Shown in pieces: positions 20,503 to 30,244 of a stretch of 64,000 nt of DNA. Both the position numbers and the translations under genes were made by a program. The notes below the pieces were generated by a model, which was not told the origin of the DNA, searched no databases, and saw only the letters and a list, made by a program, of their open reading frames with translations. This DNA comes from a virus (lineage: Duplodnaviria; Heunggongvirae; Uroviricota; Caudoviricetes), in IMG/VR virus record IMGVR_UViG_3300033273_000374, positions 128,001-192,000 of that record; one strand, given 5' to 3'. Position 1 is the stretch's first letter. Each line of letters starts with the position of its first letter.

Positions 20503-20747
20503 TTTGACTCACCTAATTTTTGTGCGCCACGCTTAAACTTTTTGGTATCACGTCCTCTGATGCTGTTGATAAGTCTGCGTTCTAAGTCGCCAGCAACTGC
20601 TTCGTCGTAGTGTTCATAAAACTCGTCAATTAAATTAATAGCACTTTCAATGATTTGACTACCACGTGATTCAAATACATGCTGTCTATCACGCTCGTGT
20701 ATCATGTTATTAAGTTCATTTAAAATACTGCGAGTTTGTTTTTTCAT
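20499..20747 (-). CDS. Hypothetical phage protein
   Basis: TRSIL.EL...ESR...I.SAINL...LERRL.NSI; TAAATA upstream. Confidence 0.65.
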   Translation of the reverse strand: MKKQTRSILNELNNMIHERDRQHVFESRGSQIIESAINLIDEFYEHYDEAVAGDLERRLINSIRGRDTKKFKRGAQKLGESK

Positions 20748-20807
20748 TACCTAGCACCCGATTTAATTTATTTATCGTTAAATACAGTATACTTGGAGGA
20801 GTAGGAG

Positions 20808-21539
20808 ATGTCAATACAAGATAACCCTGGCGGCCATTTCGCTGAATTGGCCCGTATAGCATACATGACAGAAAAAGAAAGTAGACCTATTGCTAAAAAG
20901 ATGGGATATAAGAAAACAAAACTCATCGATCAAAACGGTGCAGAGTGTCTTTTTTTAGAAAATGACGACACACTGGTGTTAGCATTCCGTGGAACAGAGC
21001 CCAAAGAGTTCTCAGATATTAAAGCAGATCTCAAAGCATGGAAGCGTAAAAGTAAAACCTGGGGCATGGTCCACGCAGGTTTTTATGAATATCTCAATAA
21101 AATTTGGGAAAGTGTGTTAAGACACATCAACTACGGCGACAGAGAAACAAAAAAATTGTATATTTGTGGACACAGTCTTGGTGGTGCAATGGCCACACTT
21201 GCTGCAAGTCGTTTGCAAGATCGTGTGATAGGATGTTACACCTATGGATCGCCACGTGTGGGTGGTCGTGTTTGGCGTAGCAAATGCACATTTGAACATC
21301 ACAGATACGTCAACAACAATGACATTGTGCCACGTGTTCCATTTTGGATTATGGGTTTTAGACACTATGGCGAATTACACTATATCAATCATTATGGTAA
21401 TATTCGTAAACTCACAGCCTGGCAGAAGTGTAAAGATCAATGGCGTGGACGATTGAGAGCATGGCAAAAGCGTGAGTTCTTTGATGGTGCTCGAGATCAC
21501 AGCATGGTTCAATACAGTAAAAAAATTAACAAGAGTTGA
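20808..21539 (+). CDS. Lipase class 3 (alpha/beta hydrolase)
   Basis: AFRGT, VHAGF, GHSLGGAMA, TYGSPRVG, DIVP, DHS; strong GGAGGAG SD. Confidence 0.92.
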   Translation: MSIQDNPGGHFAELARIAYMTEKESRPIAKKMGYKKTKLIDQNGAECLFLENDDTLVLAFRGTEPKEFSDIKADLKAWKRKSKTWGMVHAGFYEYLNKIWESVLRHINYGDRETKKLYICGHSLGGAMATLAASRLQDRVIGCYTYGSPRVGGRVWRSKCTFEHHRYVNNNDIVPRVPFWIMGFRHYGELHYINHYGNIRKLTAWQKCKDQWRGRLRAWQKREFFDGARDHSMVQYSKKINKS

Positions 21540-21546
21540 CCAAAAA

Positions 21547-21646
21547 TCTTGTTTGCCTAGTTTTGCTGTACTAAATACACTGTCATTTCAATGACACCAG
21601 GCACAAATAAAACATACTATAGGCATTTAGGCAAACAAGAGGCAGC
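21547..21646 (+). promoter_or_regulatory. RBS-sequestering 13-bp inverted repeat enclosing a TAAATA late promoter, with AGGCA repeats
   Basis: TCTTGTTTGCCTA (21547-59) / TAGGCAAACAAGA (21628-40); TAAATA 21572-77; inner TGTCAT-ATGACA hairpin. Confidence 0.7.
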
Positions 21647-23347
21647 ATGAAGTTACCAAACGATGCAGAGGCACAACTAAATCGATTACTAGGCGCATTC
21701 ATAAGGCAAATACCAGAGGCACCCGAATATCGAGAGAGACTGGTCGAAGAACTTGAGATCATACTCAAATTACGCTTCACCGATTACTTCCTAACAATTT
21801 GCGATGTACTGACGCTAACCGCGGACATTCCCCACATGACCAGAGGTTCAGCAGGGTCAAGTCTTGTGTGTTACCTATTAGGTATCACTGATGTGGATCC
21901 CATAAGATGGCAAATACCGGTTGCACGTTTCCTAAATCCTTTGAGGGATGACTTGCCAGATGTGGACATAGACTTTCCGCATTGGCAACAGGATACTGTG
22001 ATGCAAAGAGTATTTGCGAAATGGCCTGGTCGCAGTGCAAGAATCAGTAACTATGTGCTATACAAGGAGCGCAGTGCCCGTAGAGAAGCGGCACGCCGTC
22101 TTGGCGCATCTGGCAAACTCCCTCGCAATTTTAAGTATGAAGATTATGACATCGATAAGGAAGAGGCAATGAGGCTCGAAAAGAAACTACTAGGCAAAAA
22201 AAGATCAATATCAAAACACTGTGGTGGCATTGTGATACTAAAACACAAGGTGCCAAAAAGTCTAATCAACCAAGACAATCAGTTGATGCTGGACAAAAGA
22301 GAAGTAGAAGATTTAGAACATCTAAAAATAGACATACTGGCCAACAGAGGGTTGAGCCAACTGTTAGAAATAGACAGTGACACACCACTGGAAGCATATC
22401 CAGAACAAGATTTTGAAACATCACAACTGTTGTGTAGAGGTGATGTGCTAGGCGTAACGCAGGCTGAGTCCCCGGCCATGCGACGCCTGTTCCAAGCAAT
22501 ACAACCACAATCAAAAGCAGATTGTGTGTTTGCCACAGCACTGATTCGTCCTGTGGCCACAACAGGAAGACAAAAGGCAGCATTTTTTCAAGACTGGACA
22601 GAAAGCGCACTAGAAGATACCATAGTGTATGAAGATGATGCCATACACAAAATAGCAAACCTAATTGGTTGCGACATGTATGAAGCAGACATGTATCGTC
22701 GTGCATTTGCAAAACGTGACGAAGAACGTGTGATGGAATTTATGGGCAAGATGGGAGAATGTGAAGACAAAGAACAGATTATCCAAGAACTGTATGGCTT
22801 GGGTAACTTTGGGTTGTGTAGAGCACATGCTGTGAATCTTGGAAGGCTGATTTGGGCATTAGCATATCAAAAAGCACACAACCCAAAGGATTTTTGGCGT
22901 GCTGCACTCAAACACTGTGTGGGATCATACAGACGTTGGGTACACAAAACGGAAGCAAAGAATGCGGGGTGGGATCTACGTGAACTGGGTTATGAGAATG
23001 GCATCACCAGCACACCACAAGCACAGTATCGCAAACATGGTTATTGGACACAACCTGACTTTATGCCTGGTATGTTTATACAAGAAACTTGGGGCGATAG
23101 AGTAAACTTTGCAGGACTCATAGCCAATGGCAGAACATTCCGTGGTGAAAGTGGACGCTATGTTACATTTGTTACTGCAGGCATTGCCAATGGCGAGTAT
23201 GTGGACATCACAGTCAAACGTCCGTTCTCACACAAGGATCATGATGTTATTGTGGGTTCAGGTAAGATACGCATAAGCAACGGTGCACGTTACATTGAGT
23301 GTTATGATGCACAAGGTCATAGATTAGAAAAATATTTGTCAAATTGA
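21647..23347 (+). CDS. dnaE: DNA polymerase III alpha-like (family C), PHP-less compact form
   Basis: RGSAGSS, GITDVDP, RFLN, PDVDIDF, KIDIL, ESPAMR, ALIRP, AHA; C-terminal OB-like region. Confidence 0.88.
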   Translation: MKLPNDAEAQLNRLLGAFIRQIPEAPEYRERLVEELEIILKLRFTDYFLTICDVLTLTADIPHMTRGSAGSSLVCYLLGITDVDPIRWQIPVARFLNPLRDDLPDVDIDFPHWQQDTVMQRVFAKWPGRSARISNYVLYKERSARREAARRLGASGKLPRNFKYEDYDIDKEEAMRLEKKLLGKKRSISKHCGGIVILKHKVPKSLINQDNQLMLDKREVEDLEHLKIDILANRGLSQLLEIDSDTPLEAYPEQDFETSQLLCRGDVLGVTQAESPAMRRLFQAIQPQSKADCVFATALIRPVATTGRQKAAFFQDWTESALEDTIVYEDDAIHKIANLIGCDMYEADMYRRAFAKRDEERVMEFMGKMGECEDKEQIIQELYGLGNFGLCRAHAVNLGRLIWALAYQKAHNPKDFWRAALKHCVGSYRRWVHKTEAKNAGWDLRELGYENGITSTPQAQYRKHGYWTQPDFMPGMFIQETWGDRVNFAGLIANGRTFRGESGRYVTFVTAGIANGEYVDITVKRPFSHKDHDVIVGSGKIRISNGARYIECYDAQGHRLEKYLSN

Positions 23348-24303
23348 TCAAGTCCAAATCTAAACTGATCCATAAAACTGTCTAAATTTTCTCTAACCAG
23401 TGATAAATTTTTTTGGTGTCTATCCATATAATCCAGTTTCTTCACATTGTGATTTTCTAACAATTTACGATTAAGTTCTAGTGCATTTAAAATTCTTAGA
23501 CCCGGATGTGCTTCATATTGATAGCTGTGATCAATTACATCATCAAATACATCAAAACCTATACGTGTAAGCTGTTCTGGCATAGCATATCCACCGCAAA
23601 ATATAGGAAAACAACAACCGTGCAATGTCATTAAATATTTTTCTGTAATTATGCAACCTTTTTCCCAAAAGACAGGTTCAGTAATAATACTAAAAGTACT
23701 GGAACAAAACTTTTCACTAAAAATAGCATTCCACAATTGGGAATGAGGCTTTCCGTTGTCATACTCTGGTGGATTGGTAATTCCTTCAAAAGGTATAAAT
23801 TTTTTCTCTAAAAAACTATCAAATTTATATGGTGTTAAACGAGTGAATTCATCAATCATTATAAAGTGTTCGTTTTCTATTTCCCAACTTTGAGTATACT
23901 CAAAATCTATATGTCTATTTTGACTGAACCATGCGCTAACAAGAAGTCTATTTTCTCTACGCTTATTCATCATAACGAAACAATTTTTTTCGTCTGAATA
24001 TTCTGCTGCAGAGACATTTTTTAAGAAATCTTTACAGTTTTTTAATAAAATATACGGAATATATGTGTAAGGATATGGGAAATCTTTCCAATACAGGTAT
24101 TCCCACCACACATGCTCTACATTTACATTTTGTTTTTTGATAATTGACTCTATGCTATTGTAAGACTTGTCTATGTAAATACCTTCGTCGTTGTATTCAA
24201 TTTTAGCATCCTCCCACGACACCGGTGGTTGATGATCTATAACAAATACCCAGCCATCATTGCCTGGCTTGATTATACCATCTGCTGTATCAATTAAAAG
24301 CAT
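23317..24303 (-). CDS. GT-B-like (TEK-motif) putative glycosyltransferase, paralog 2
   Basis: NKRRENR, IITE, ITEK, GFDVFDDVIDHSY. Confidence 0.55.
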   Translation of the reverse strand: MLLIDTADGIIKPGNDGWVFVIDHQPPVSWEDAKIEYNDEGIYIDKSYNSIESIIKKQNVNVEHVWWEYLYWKDFPYPYTYIPYILLKNCKDFLKNVSAAEYSDEKNCFVMMNKRRENRLLVSAWFSQNRHIDFEYTQSWEIENEHFIMIDEFTRLTPYKFDSFLEKKFIPFEGITNPPEYDNGKPHSQLWNAIFSEKFCSSTFSIITEPVFWEKGCIITEKYLMTLHGCCFPIFCGGYAMPEQLTRIGFDVFDDVIDHSYQYEAHPGLRILNALELNRKLLENHNVKKLDYMDRHQKNLSLVRENLDSFMDQFRFGLDQFDKYFSNL

Positions 24304-24308
24304 CTAAA

Positions 24309-25715
24309 CTAGCCACTTTGCTTCAATCCAGCCAACATATCTTTTAGTTTACTGCTCTGTACACTGGCTGTAATCTTGCCTACATCCTCATCACCTGCTT
24401 CAGCAACACCAGCATTGTCTTTTGACTTGATTTGTTCATAGATACTGCTTGATTGTTTCTTGAACTGTTGATATTCTTCATCCTCGCCCAAGTCTCTGAT
24501 GCGCAAACTTTCAACATCAAACTCTAAATCAATCTTTTGTCCAACACCACTTGAACTACGTGTTTTCATAAGTTGCAATTGATAGCGTCCACGTTCACGC
24601 ATTGCTCTACTTGTAAAGATACCAAACACATTGTCTGCAGTGTTGATCTTACTCAAGCCACCTGCAATCATGCTGTGATCAAATTCAATTTCTTCAACTG
24701 CACTACGATTCAACTGACTTGCTGTAACAAACACACAGTTTAATTCTTTGGCTAAGTTGCGCAGTTCTTCACTCACATACTTGTCTTTAACAAACAGGTC
24801 ATTGGGCGATACCTTGGCACTCACTGGCATGATCAAATCCAAATAGTCAATCAACAAAAAATCAATCTTCCAACCTAGTTTGATCTGCAGTTCTTTAAGG
24901 TATGCCCGTATGTCATTTACATTGCTCTGTGCTGGCATGTATTTGATCTGTAAACGGCCTGCTTTTTTGCCTACCATACGAACTTTCATTTCAACAGTGT
25001 CAAGATCTTTAAACACCTCCTTGGTTGACACATTGGTCATCATGCTGTCAATGCGCATTGCACTCAAGCCTTCTGAAAGTTCCAGTGTGAGATACACACC
25101 ATTTAACCCGCTAGTAGTCCAATTGACTGCTAGATTCTGCATGAACAAACTTTTGCCTGACCCTGATCCACCTGCAAATATATTGAGTTCACCCTTGTTC
25201 ATGCCGCCAAACAGTTTCCTATCCACTGCTGGCCACCCTGTTGAAATCTGTCCATTGTTGTCTTTGAGTGCCATAAGTCTGGCTCTTGGATCAGCAAAGT
25301 AGTCTGTGCCCATGTCTTTTGTGAGACTGATTTGTACAGCATCTTTGATGATCTTTTCAACAGGGTCGTATTCGCCTTTCTCAAGCAAGTCTGCACTTTT
25401 GAGAATGGCACGTTCTAGTTCTTGCCGCTTGGTGAATCCTTCAAACTCTGCAAGAAACCAGTCGTTGTGACTTTCAGTTACGTCTGGCACTGGCTTTAGT
25501 TCTACACCTGTCACAGCCTGCACCTGCTCTCTTGTGGGCAGTGTGCCATGATCCTTGCTGTGTGTGTCTATGAACTGTGCAGTGTCTCGCAAACTACGAT
25601 CAAAGTTGTCTACATTGAAAATGTTTTGCACCCGCACAAAGTTTTGTGCATCGTTAAGCATCATTTCTAAAAATAATTTTTGTAAGTCTGGTGTATATTC
25701 TTTTGTCATTTCCAA
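24309..25715 (-). CDS. Replicative DnaB-like helicase (gp41)
   Basis: Walker A GGSGSGKS, TLELSE, IDYLD, TASQLNR, KTR. Confidence 0.93.
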   Translation of the reverse strand: MEMTKEYTPDLQKLFLEMMLNDAQNFVRVQNIFNVDNFDRSLRDTAQFIDTHSKDHGTLPTREQVQAVTGVELKPVPDVTESHNDWFLAEFEGFTKRQELERAILKSADLLEKGEYDPVEKIIKDAVQISLTKDMGTDYFADPRARLMALKDNNGQISTGWPAVDRKLFGGMNKGELNIFAGGSGSGKSLFMQNLAVNWTTSGLNGVYLTLELSEGLSAMRIDSMMTNVSTKEVFKDLDTVEMKVRMVGKKAGRLQIKYMPAQSNVNDIRAYLKELQIKLGWKIDFLLIDYLDLIMPVSAKVSPNDLFVKDKYVSEELRNLAKELNCVFVTASQLNRSAVEEIEFDHSMIAGGLSKINTADNVFGIFTSRAMRERGRYQLQLMKTRSSSGVGQKIDLEFDVESLRIRDLGEDEEYQQFKKQSSSIYEQIKSKDNAGVAEAGDEDVGKITASVQSSKLKDMLAGLKQSG

Positions 25716-26686
25716 CCTAATTTATCAATACGATCTAAAATTTTTTCACTGTACATTTGATGTGTGAGTGGGCCCGGGTGCATATTGTCTGTGCCATAGT
25801 CTAAAAAGTAACTATCGTGCTCAATTCCACATTGTTCATCTATCAATAGAAAATTTGATTGTGTACATAGCACTGAACTAATTTCTACGTCTACATGTAT
25901 GCCTACTAGCAATAGTTCAACACCTAGTTTTTTGCAAAAGTTTTCAACTTGTCGTATAGCCCTCATTCCAACATGATGCCAATGACGATCTGATATCATT
26001 TTTTGTGTGATTATTCCTTTGAAATTTTTTGCTTCTGGTCGATCAAAAAAATGTATTCCTATGTGTTGTACACTATTACCTGTTATGTACCACGGAAGTC
26101 TATTGGTGTATGTTAATCCCCAAATAACTTTATCACCTTTTTGTAGATCTGCTCTCAGCAATTGATCACTTTGCCATTGTAAACTAGTTCTAGACTGTGC
26201 TAGATTTACAGTAGGAATATTTAGTTTGTTGCTAATAGATTTCCAATAAACTTCATCAAAATCTATAGCCTCTCCTGCTGTTGTGCTGCATCCTATAATC
26301 CATAGATTACTATCTTGTGACAATCTTGGTTTTATGGTGGGTGCATCTAGTGCTGGAGTTTTATCTATCTCAAATATGGTTTGCTGCAATGTTGATATTA
26401 TTTTACAGTAAACATAAGAAGTTTGTGCCATGCTGAATCTATCATCAACAGTTGCACCATCAGACCATACATCATCATTGGGAGAACAATAAATGATTTG
26501 AGTTGCTTTAAACAATAGATCAATTAATCCTTTAACACCAACATCAGCAATGCTGGTATATATAACTCCAATGTGATTGCGATCTATATTACTATATTCC
26601 ACTAGGTAAGCATTAGGGTCAATCTCGTGCGCACGGTCTGACAGATAATTTGTACTATCGCCAACTATCACTGTTAAATTATTCAT
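25706..26686 (-). CDS. Protein with C-terminal SGNH-like domain
   Basis: GCSTTAG, WGLT...R, D..HPG...H. Confidence 0.55.
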   Translation of the reverse strand: MNNLTVIVGDSTNYLSDRAHEIDPNAYLVEYSNIDRNHIGVIYTSIADVGVKGLIDLLFKATQIIYCSPNDDVWSDGATVDDRFSMAQTSYVYCKIISTLQQTIFEIDKTPALDAPTIKPRLSQDSNLWIIGCSTTAGEAIDFDEVYWKSISNKLNIPTVNLAQSRTSLQWQSDQLLRADLQKGDKVIWGLTYTNRLPWYITGNSVQHIGIHFFDRPEAKNFKGIITQKMISDRHWHHVGMRAIRQVENFCKKLGVELLLVGIHVDVEISSVLCTQSNFLLIDEQCGIEHDSYFLDYGTDNMHPGPLTHQMYSEKILDRIDKLGWK

Positions 26687-27570
26687 TAACATTTTCCACA
26701 GTTAAAAACGCAATAGTCATAACGTTCAGTTTGTATTGTACTATAGAATTCGTCAAAATACCTAATTTGTTCACTGAGTTTGGTTGTTGTTATGTTGTGT
26801 TTGCTACGATCATGCCACCATTTGCTTTTATAATAAAATTCATAATGAGTCATCATACAACAAGGACTATAAATTCCTCTTGAACTTATGTAGTGTTCAA
26901 CTCCAGTTTTGCATATTGGATCTATCTCAAAATCTTTTTGATTTTGTTTTTTATAAAGTTGTTGAACTGTGTCACGTGGACCTATGTATTTTGTAGGTCT
27001 TAATGGATCATCGTTCAACCAACGATCGCTTGGCTCTACTCTAAATTCGTCAATACCAAAACTGTTGGCAATCTTTCTGGTATGTTCTATATCATGTTCA
27101 TTGAAACTAAAAGGTATATACCTCCACATTGTTCTAGCTGGACCTGCAACACATTCTTCTATGCCAATTTTTATAGTGTTCCAGTCTGCATTTACTCGGT
27201 ACTGAGTAAAGTTTTCGGGTGTGCCATCAATACTAAATTTTACACTATCAATTGGGCGTAGCACTTGATTAAACTTTTGCCACCAATTGCGAGTCTTGTA
27301 ACTTCCGTTAGTAGTGATATGCATGCGATTGCATTTTTTTGTTAGCACATCAACTAGTTCTATAAACTTGCGATGATATATTGGATCACCTGTATTACCG
27401 CATAAATTAATATCGTCTACTGGTGTATCTATAAATGATTCTAATGCATCTATATCAATGTCGTTTATAGCAAAGTTTTTCTTTCCAAACCTGTCCATAA
27501 AAGTTGTGCGCTCGCATCTAGGACATGCAAGTGTACATCTGCTAGTGGGTTCAATGTGCAAACTAACCAA
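26686..27570 (-). CDS. Radical SAM protein with C-terminal Cys cluster
   Basis: CTLACPRC, GDP, TNG, SIDG, PCC, C...C. Confidence 0.88.
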   Translation of the reverse strand: MVSLHIEPTSRCTLACPRCERTTFMDRFGKKNFAINDIDIDALESFIDTPVDDINLCGNTGDPIYHRKFIELVDVLTKKCNRMHITTNGSYKTRNWWQKFNQVLRPIDSVKFSIDGTPENFTQYRVNADWNTIKIGIEECVAGPARTMWRYIPFSFNEHDIEHTRKIANSFGIDEFRVEPSDRWLNDDPLRPTKYIGPRDTVQQLYKKQNQKDFEIDPICKTGVEHYISSRGIYSPCCMMTHYEFYYKSKWWHDRSKHNITTTKLSEQIRYFDEFYSTIQTERYDYCVFNCGKC

Positions 27571-28528
27571 GGCGTTTTCTCAACAGATTAATTTTTAAAC
27601 TGTTTGATTGTTTTGCATCAAGTATGCTTTTGAGTGTAAACAGTTTACCATAACGCACAACAGCATCATTTACATCTTTAACATCGTTGTGCCATTCAGG
27701 AAAACTCACACTCCATCCATATTCTAATGCATCATCTATCAAACGTTGTCCTGCTCTATCTCTGTCCGGCACCAATATAACTTCTCTAGCCAATGTGTCA
27801 ATGATTTGTGCTTGTTGTTCACTGCACTGATTGCTCATTATGCCCACACCACCTATGCACATTGCATCCAACAGTCCTTCAGTGACCACACAAAACCTAG
27901 CATTAGACAACTGATTATCAATACCATACACATAGCCACTGTCATGGTTAGTAAAGTATTTGGGTCTACCTGTATCGTCTGTGGTCCTTGCACTGAATCC
28001 TATAACTTCGTTGTTCCAAGTGAAAGGCACAATGATGCGTTTCCACATGCCTGCAGGTTTGCTGTTGCTCCATAATAATTTATGCACAGGCAAACATCTG
28101 TCAACAGCATACTGTTGTATGTGTTTGGGCGCACGATCTAATGCTACCACTCCTTCTGGCAATGGTCGAGGTTTAAACTCTACAACAATAGCATCTTCGT
28201 CTGGTTCCAACAGTTCAACTGTGTCTTTGATACGCAGTGCTTCAATGTTTAGCATCTGTCGTGTGTTTTCGTCAATGCCCAACCATGTAAGCAGTTTGCG
28301 CAGTTTAAAACTGATGTGCCGGCCGGGCTGCCAGCCTGTTTTAAATCCACAGTTGAAACAGTGATAACTCACAGCATCACCATTCATTATCACACCGCCT
28401 CTGCCTCTACGATCTGTGCTTTCGCCATTGTGATGACAGCATACAGCATTAAACGAAATCCAACCACCACTGCTGGTTTTACGCTTGCCAGGCAACGCAT
28501 CAAATACACTTTGTTGTATACTATTCAT
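27563..28528 (-). CDS. DNA primase (gp61-like)
   Basis: Zn ribbon CC...HCFNCG, PKY, TEG.LDA, PDRD.AG, KDVND (TOPRIM). Confidence 0.9.
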   Translation of the reverse strand: MNSIQQSVFDALPGKRKTSSGGWISFNAVCCHHNGESTDRRGRGGVIMNGDAVSYHCFNCGFKTGWQPGRHISFKLRKLLTWLGIDENTRQMLNIEALRIKDTVELLEPDEDAIVVEFKPRPLPEGVVALDRAPKHIQQYAVDRCLPVHKLLWSNSKPAGMWKRIIVPFTWNNEVIGFSARTTDDTGRPKYFTNHDSGYVYGIDNQLSNARFCVVTEGLLDAMCIGGVGIMSNQCSEQQAQIIDTLAREVILVPDRDRAGQRLIDDALEYGWSVSFPEWHNDVKDVNDAVVRYGKLFTLKSILDAKQSNSLKINLLRKRLG

Positions 28529-29085
28529 GTGTTTATTATAGCATCTAACTCGTTTTTGATCAATTGAAAAATACGTTTGTGTCCTCGCCCATTTGGATGC
28601 AAGTGATCAGCAATGTACTGTTTTCTGTCCTGCATCAACACATCTACCATGTGTGGCACACAGTTGATATGCATGTGTTTGATACCTCGTAGTTCACAAG
28701 CATTAGAGACTATTTGTTTTGGGTACCAGTCATGCACATCTTCAATATAGTTGCTTAATTGGTTGTTTACATAATCTACTACACTTGCTGTTAGCAGACT
28801 GCCACGTTTCTTTTGTTGTATGTAGTTGAGATGCTCCCAACAACCTGTGTGGTTATTGTACCAACTGTTGCGATTGGGATGTGACCACCCAAACAGCACC
28901 ACATCATCTGATTGTATCTGGTGTTGCGTTTCGCAAAAATGTAGTGCTATCCATGGATTACTGGCACTGCTCTGACTGTGCTGTACAAAATCATAACCAT
29001 AATGGTCAGCGGCTATAAGCCCATAACAGGTAGTGGCTTCTTCTCCTAGGCTTACACTGCAACCATATTGATGTATAGTAGGCAT
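28525..29085 (-). CDS. SGNH-like hydrolase/acyltransferase
   Basis: GCS, SN, WS...R, HPN..GH. Confidence 0.55.
   Translation of the reverse strand: MPTIHQYGCSVSLGEEATTCYGLIAADHYGYDFVQHSQSSASNPWIALHFCETQHQIQSDDVVLFGWSHPNRNSWYNNHTGCWEHLNYIQQKKRGSLLTASVVDYVNNQLSNYIEDVHDWYPKQIVSNACELRGIKHMHINCVPHMVDVLMQDRKQYIADHLHPNGRGHKRIFQLIKNELDAIINT
28535..28563 (-). promoter_or_regulatory. Sigma70-type promoter, leaderless primase mRNA
   Basis: TTGATC-N17-TATAAT-N6-ATG. Confidence 0.65.
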
Positions 29086-29768
29086 CAGTATCTATCCACA
29101 CAGTAACCATCATACCAGTGTTGATCCTGAATCCAGGTGTGGTTGCGTACTTTTTCCTCTGCAGCAGCAAACTCTAATCTTGTCTTATCATCAACTTCTA
29201 GTTCAGGTAAAACATAATCCAAATAGTTTATGTGCTGTTGTGGTGTTGGATGGTAGTCATCATCAAATGCTGCATTGTGCCAATCACCTTTATAGATGAT
29301 GTTGTGTACACTGGGTCTAATTGTTTGTAGTGTCTTTGCATATGTTTGTGTTGGATCATGAAACAACTGTATCTCTTGATCACTGTCAAAGATATTTAAA
29401 TCAATCATGCTTAAAAAATAATATTCACACCCAATACCTTCTAGTATAAGTTTTGCTGCGTGTATGTTAGCACAATCTCTAATAAAACTGCCATAGGTAT
29501 CTACGATTGTAGCACCAGGTGTTTGCCACGATCCATCACTATAACTGTCTTCTCTATCACGTGATGTCCACATAACAATCACAGTGTCGTCAGCTGAAAT
29601 AGTGTGCCTTGCATCACATTCTGCAATGCTCCACAGTATAAAACTATTGCCACCACCACCTTTTCCAAAGTTGTAGTATTGATCAAACTGAGGTGCTAGA
29701 GCATCTGCCCATGTGGGCCACTTGTAGCGTGTAAAACTACAACCAAATGTAAACAATCTGCCATGCAT
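29085..29768 (-). CDS. SGNH-like hydrolase/acyltransferase
   Basis: FGCSFT, G.GN, WT...RED, DYHPTP..H. Confidence 0.6.
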   Translation of the reverse strand: MHGRLFTFGCSFTRYKWPTWADALAPQFDQYYNFGKGGGGNSFILWSIAECDARHTISADDTVIVMWTSRDREDSYSDGSWQTPGATIVDTYGSFIRDCANIHAAKLILEGIGCEYYFLSMIDLNIFDSDQEIQLFHDPTQTYAKTLQTIRPSVHNIIYKGDWHNAAFDDDYHPTPQQHINYLDYVLPELEVDDKTRLEFAAAEEKVRNHTWIQDQHWYDGYCVDRY

Positions 29769-29784
29769 ACATTTAATTATACCT

Positions 29785-29814
29785 AAAAAAAAGCAGGCAA
29801 ATAAAATGCCTGCT
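29785..29814 (-). terminator. Rho-independent terminator closing micro-ORF operon
   Basis: AGCAGGCA-loop-TGCCTGCT followed by T-run. Confidence 0.85.
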
Positions 29815-29828
29815 CATCTTTACCGACT

Positions 29829-29885
29829 TTACTTTTTTGTTTTACGAGTAAAAAACTCTACTTCTTCGTCTGTGTAAGGATACAT
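29829..29885 (-). CDS. 18-aa micro-ORF MYPYTDEEVEFFTRKTKK
   Basis: TGATG coupling to upstream micro-ORF; ends before terminator. Confidence 0.45.
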   Translation of the reverse strand: MYPYTDEEVEFFTRKTKK

Positions 29886-29983
29886 CACACTGTGCCTGCT
29901 ATTAACACCGGTAGCAATAGATATCCTGCTTGAATTCCAAACAGTATACTACAACCTAATGCTGCTTTAAGTACATTCATCAT
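29885..29983 (-). CDS. 32-aa hydrophobic micro-protein
   Basis: MMNVLKAALGCSILFGIQAGYLLLPVLIAGTV; GGAG SD, ATGA coupling. Confidence 0.55.
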   Translation of the reverse strand: MMNVLKAALGCSILFGIQAGYLLLPVLIAGTV

Positions 29984-30108
29984 AGTGTCTCCAACCTTTT
30001 TGCTTCTGCATGGTAACCAAGACGAATAAGTTCCGCTGCTGCCTTAGCACGGCCTGCTCGTCCTAGCATTTCCCAAAATTTATTTGCACATTTTGTTACT
30101 GTTTGCAT
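29980..30108 (-). CDS. 42-aa small protein
   Basis: MQTVTKCANKFWEMLGRAGRAKAAAELIRLGYHAEAKRLETL; AGGTGG SD. Confidence 0.65.
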   Translation of the reverse strand: MQTVTKCANKFWEMLGRAGRAKAAAELIRLGYHAEAKRLETL

Positions 30109-30109
30109 T

Positions 30110-30244
30110 TTATATCCACCTTTTTGTATCATATGAATAACGCTTCATAATTTCTTCTACGTCATATGTGTTTTTTGCATATTGTAGTTCTTTTTCCATT
30201 GGAGTCATTGTTATTTTTTTCCAAAGTTTTTTAATGTTACACAT
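30110..30244 (-). CDS. 44-aa small protein
   Basis: MCNIKKLWKK...LQYAKNTYDVEEIMKRY; AGGAG SD. Confidence 0.6.
   Translation of the reverse strand: MCNIKKLWKKITMTPMEKELQYAKNTYDVEEIMKRYSYDTKRWI

Noticed and set aside
29792-29806. CAGGCAAATAAAA as a third copy of the AGGCA leader element
   Set aside because: It is the stem-loop of a terminator on the non-transcribed strand; probably coincidental
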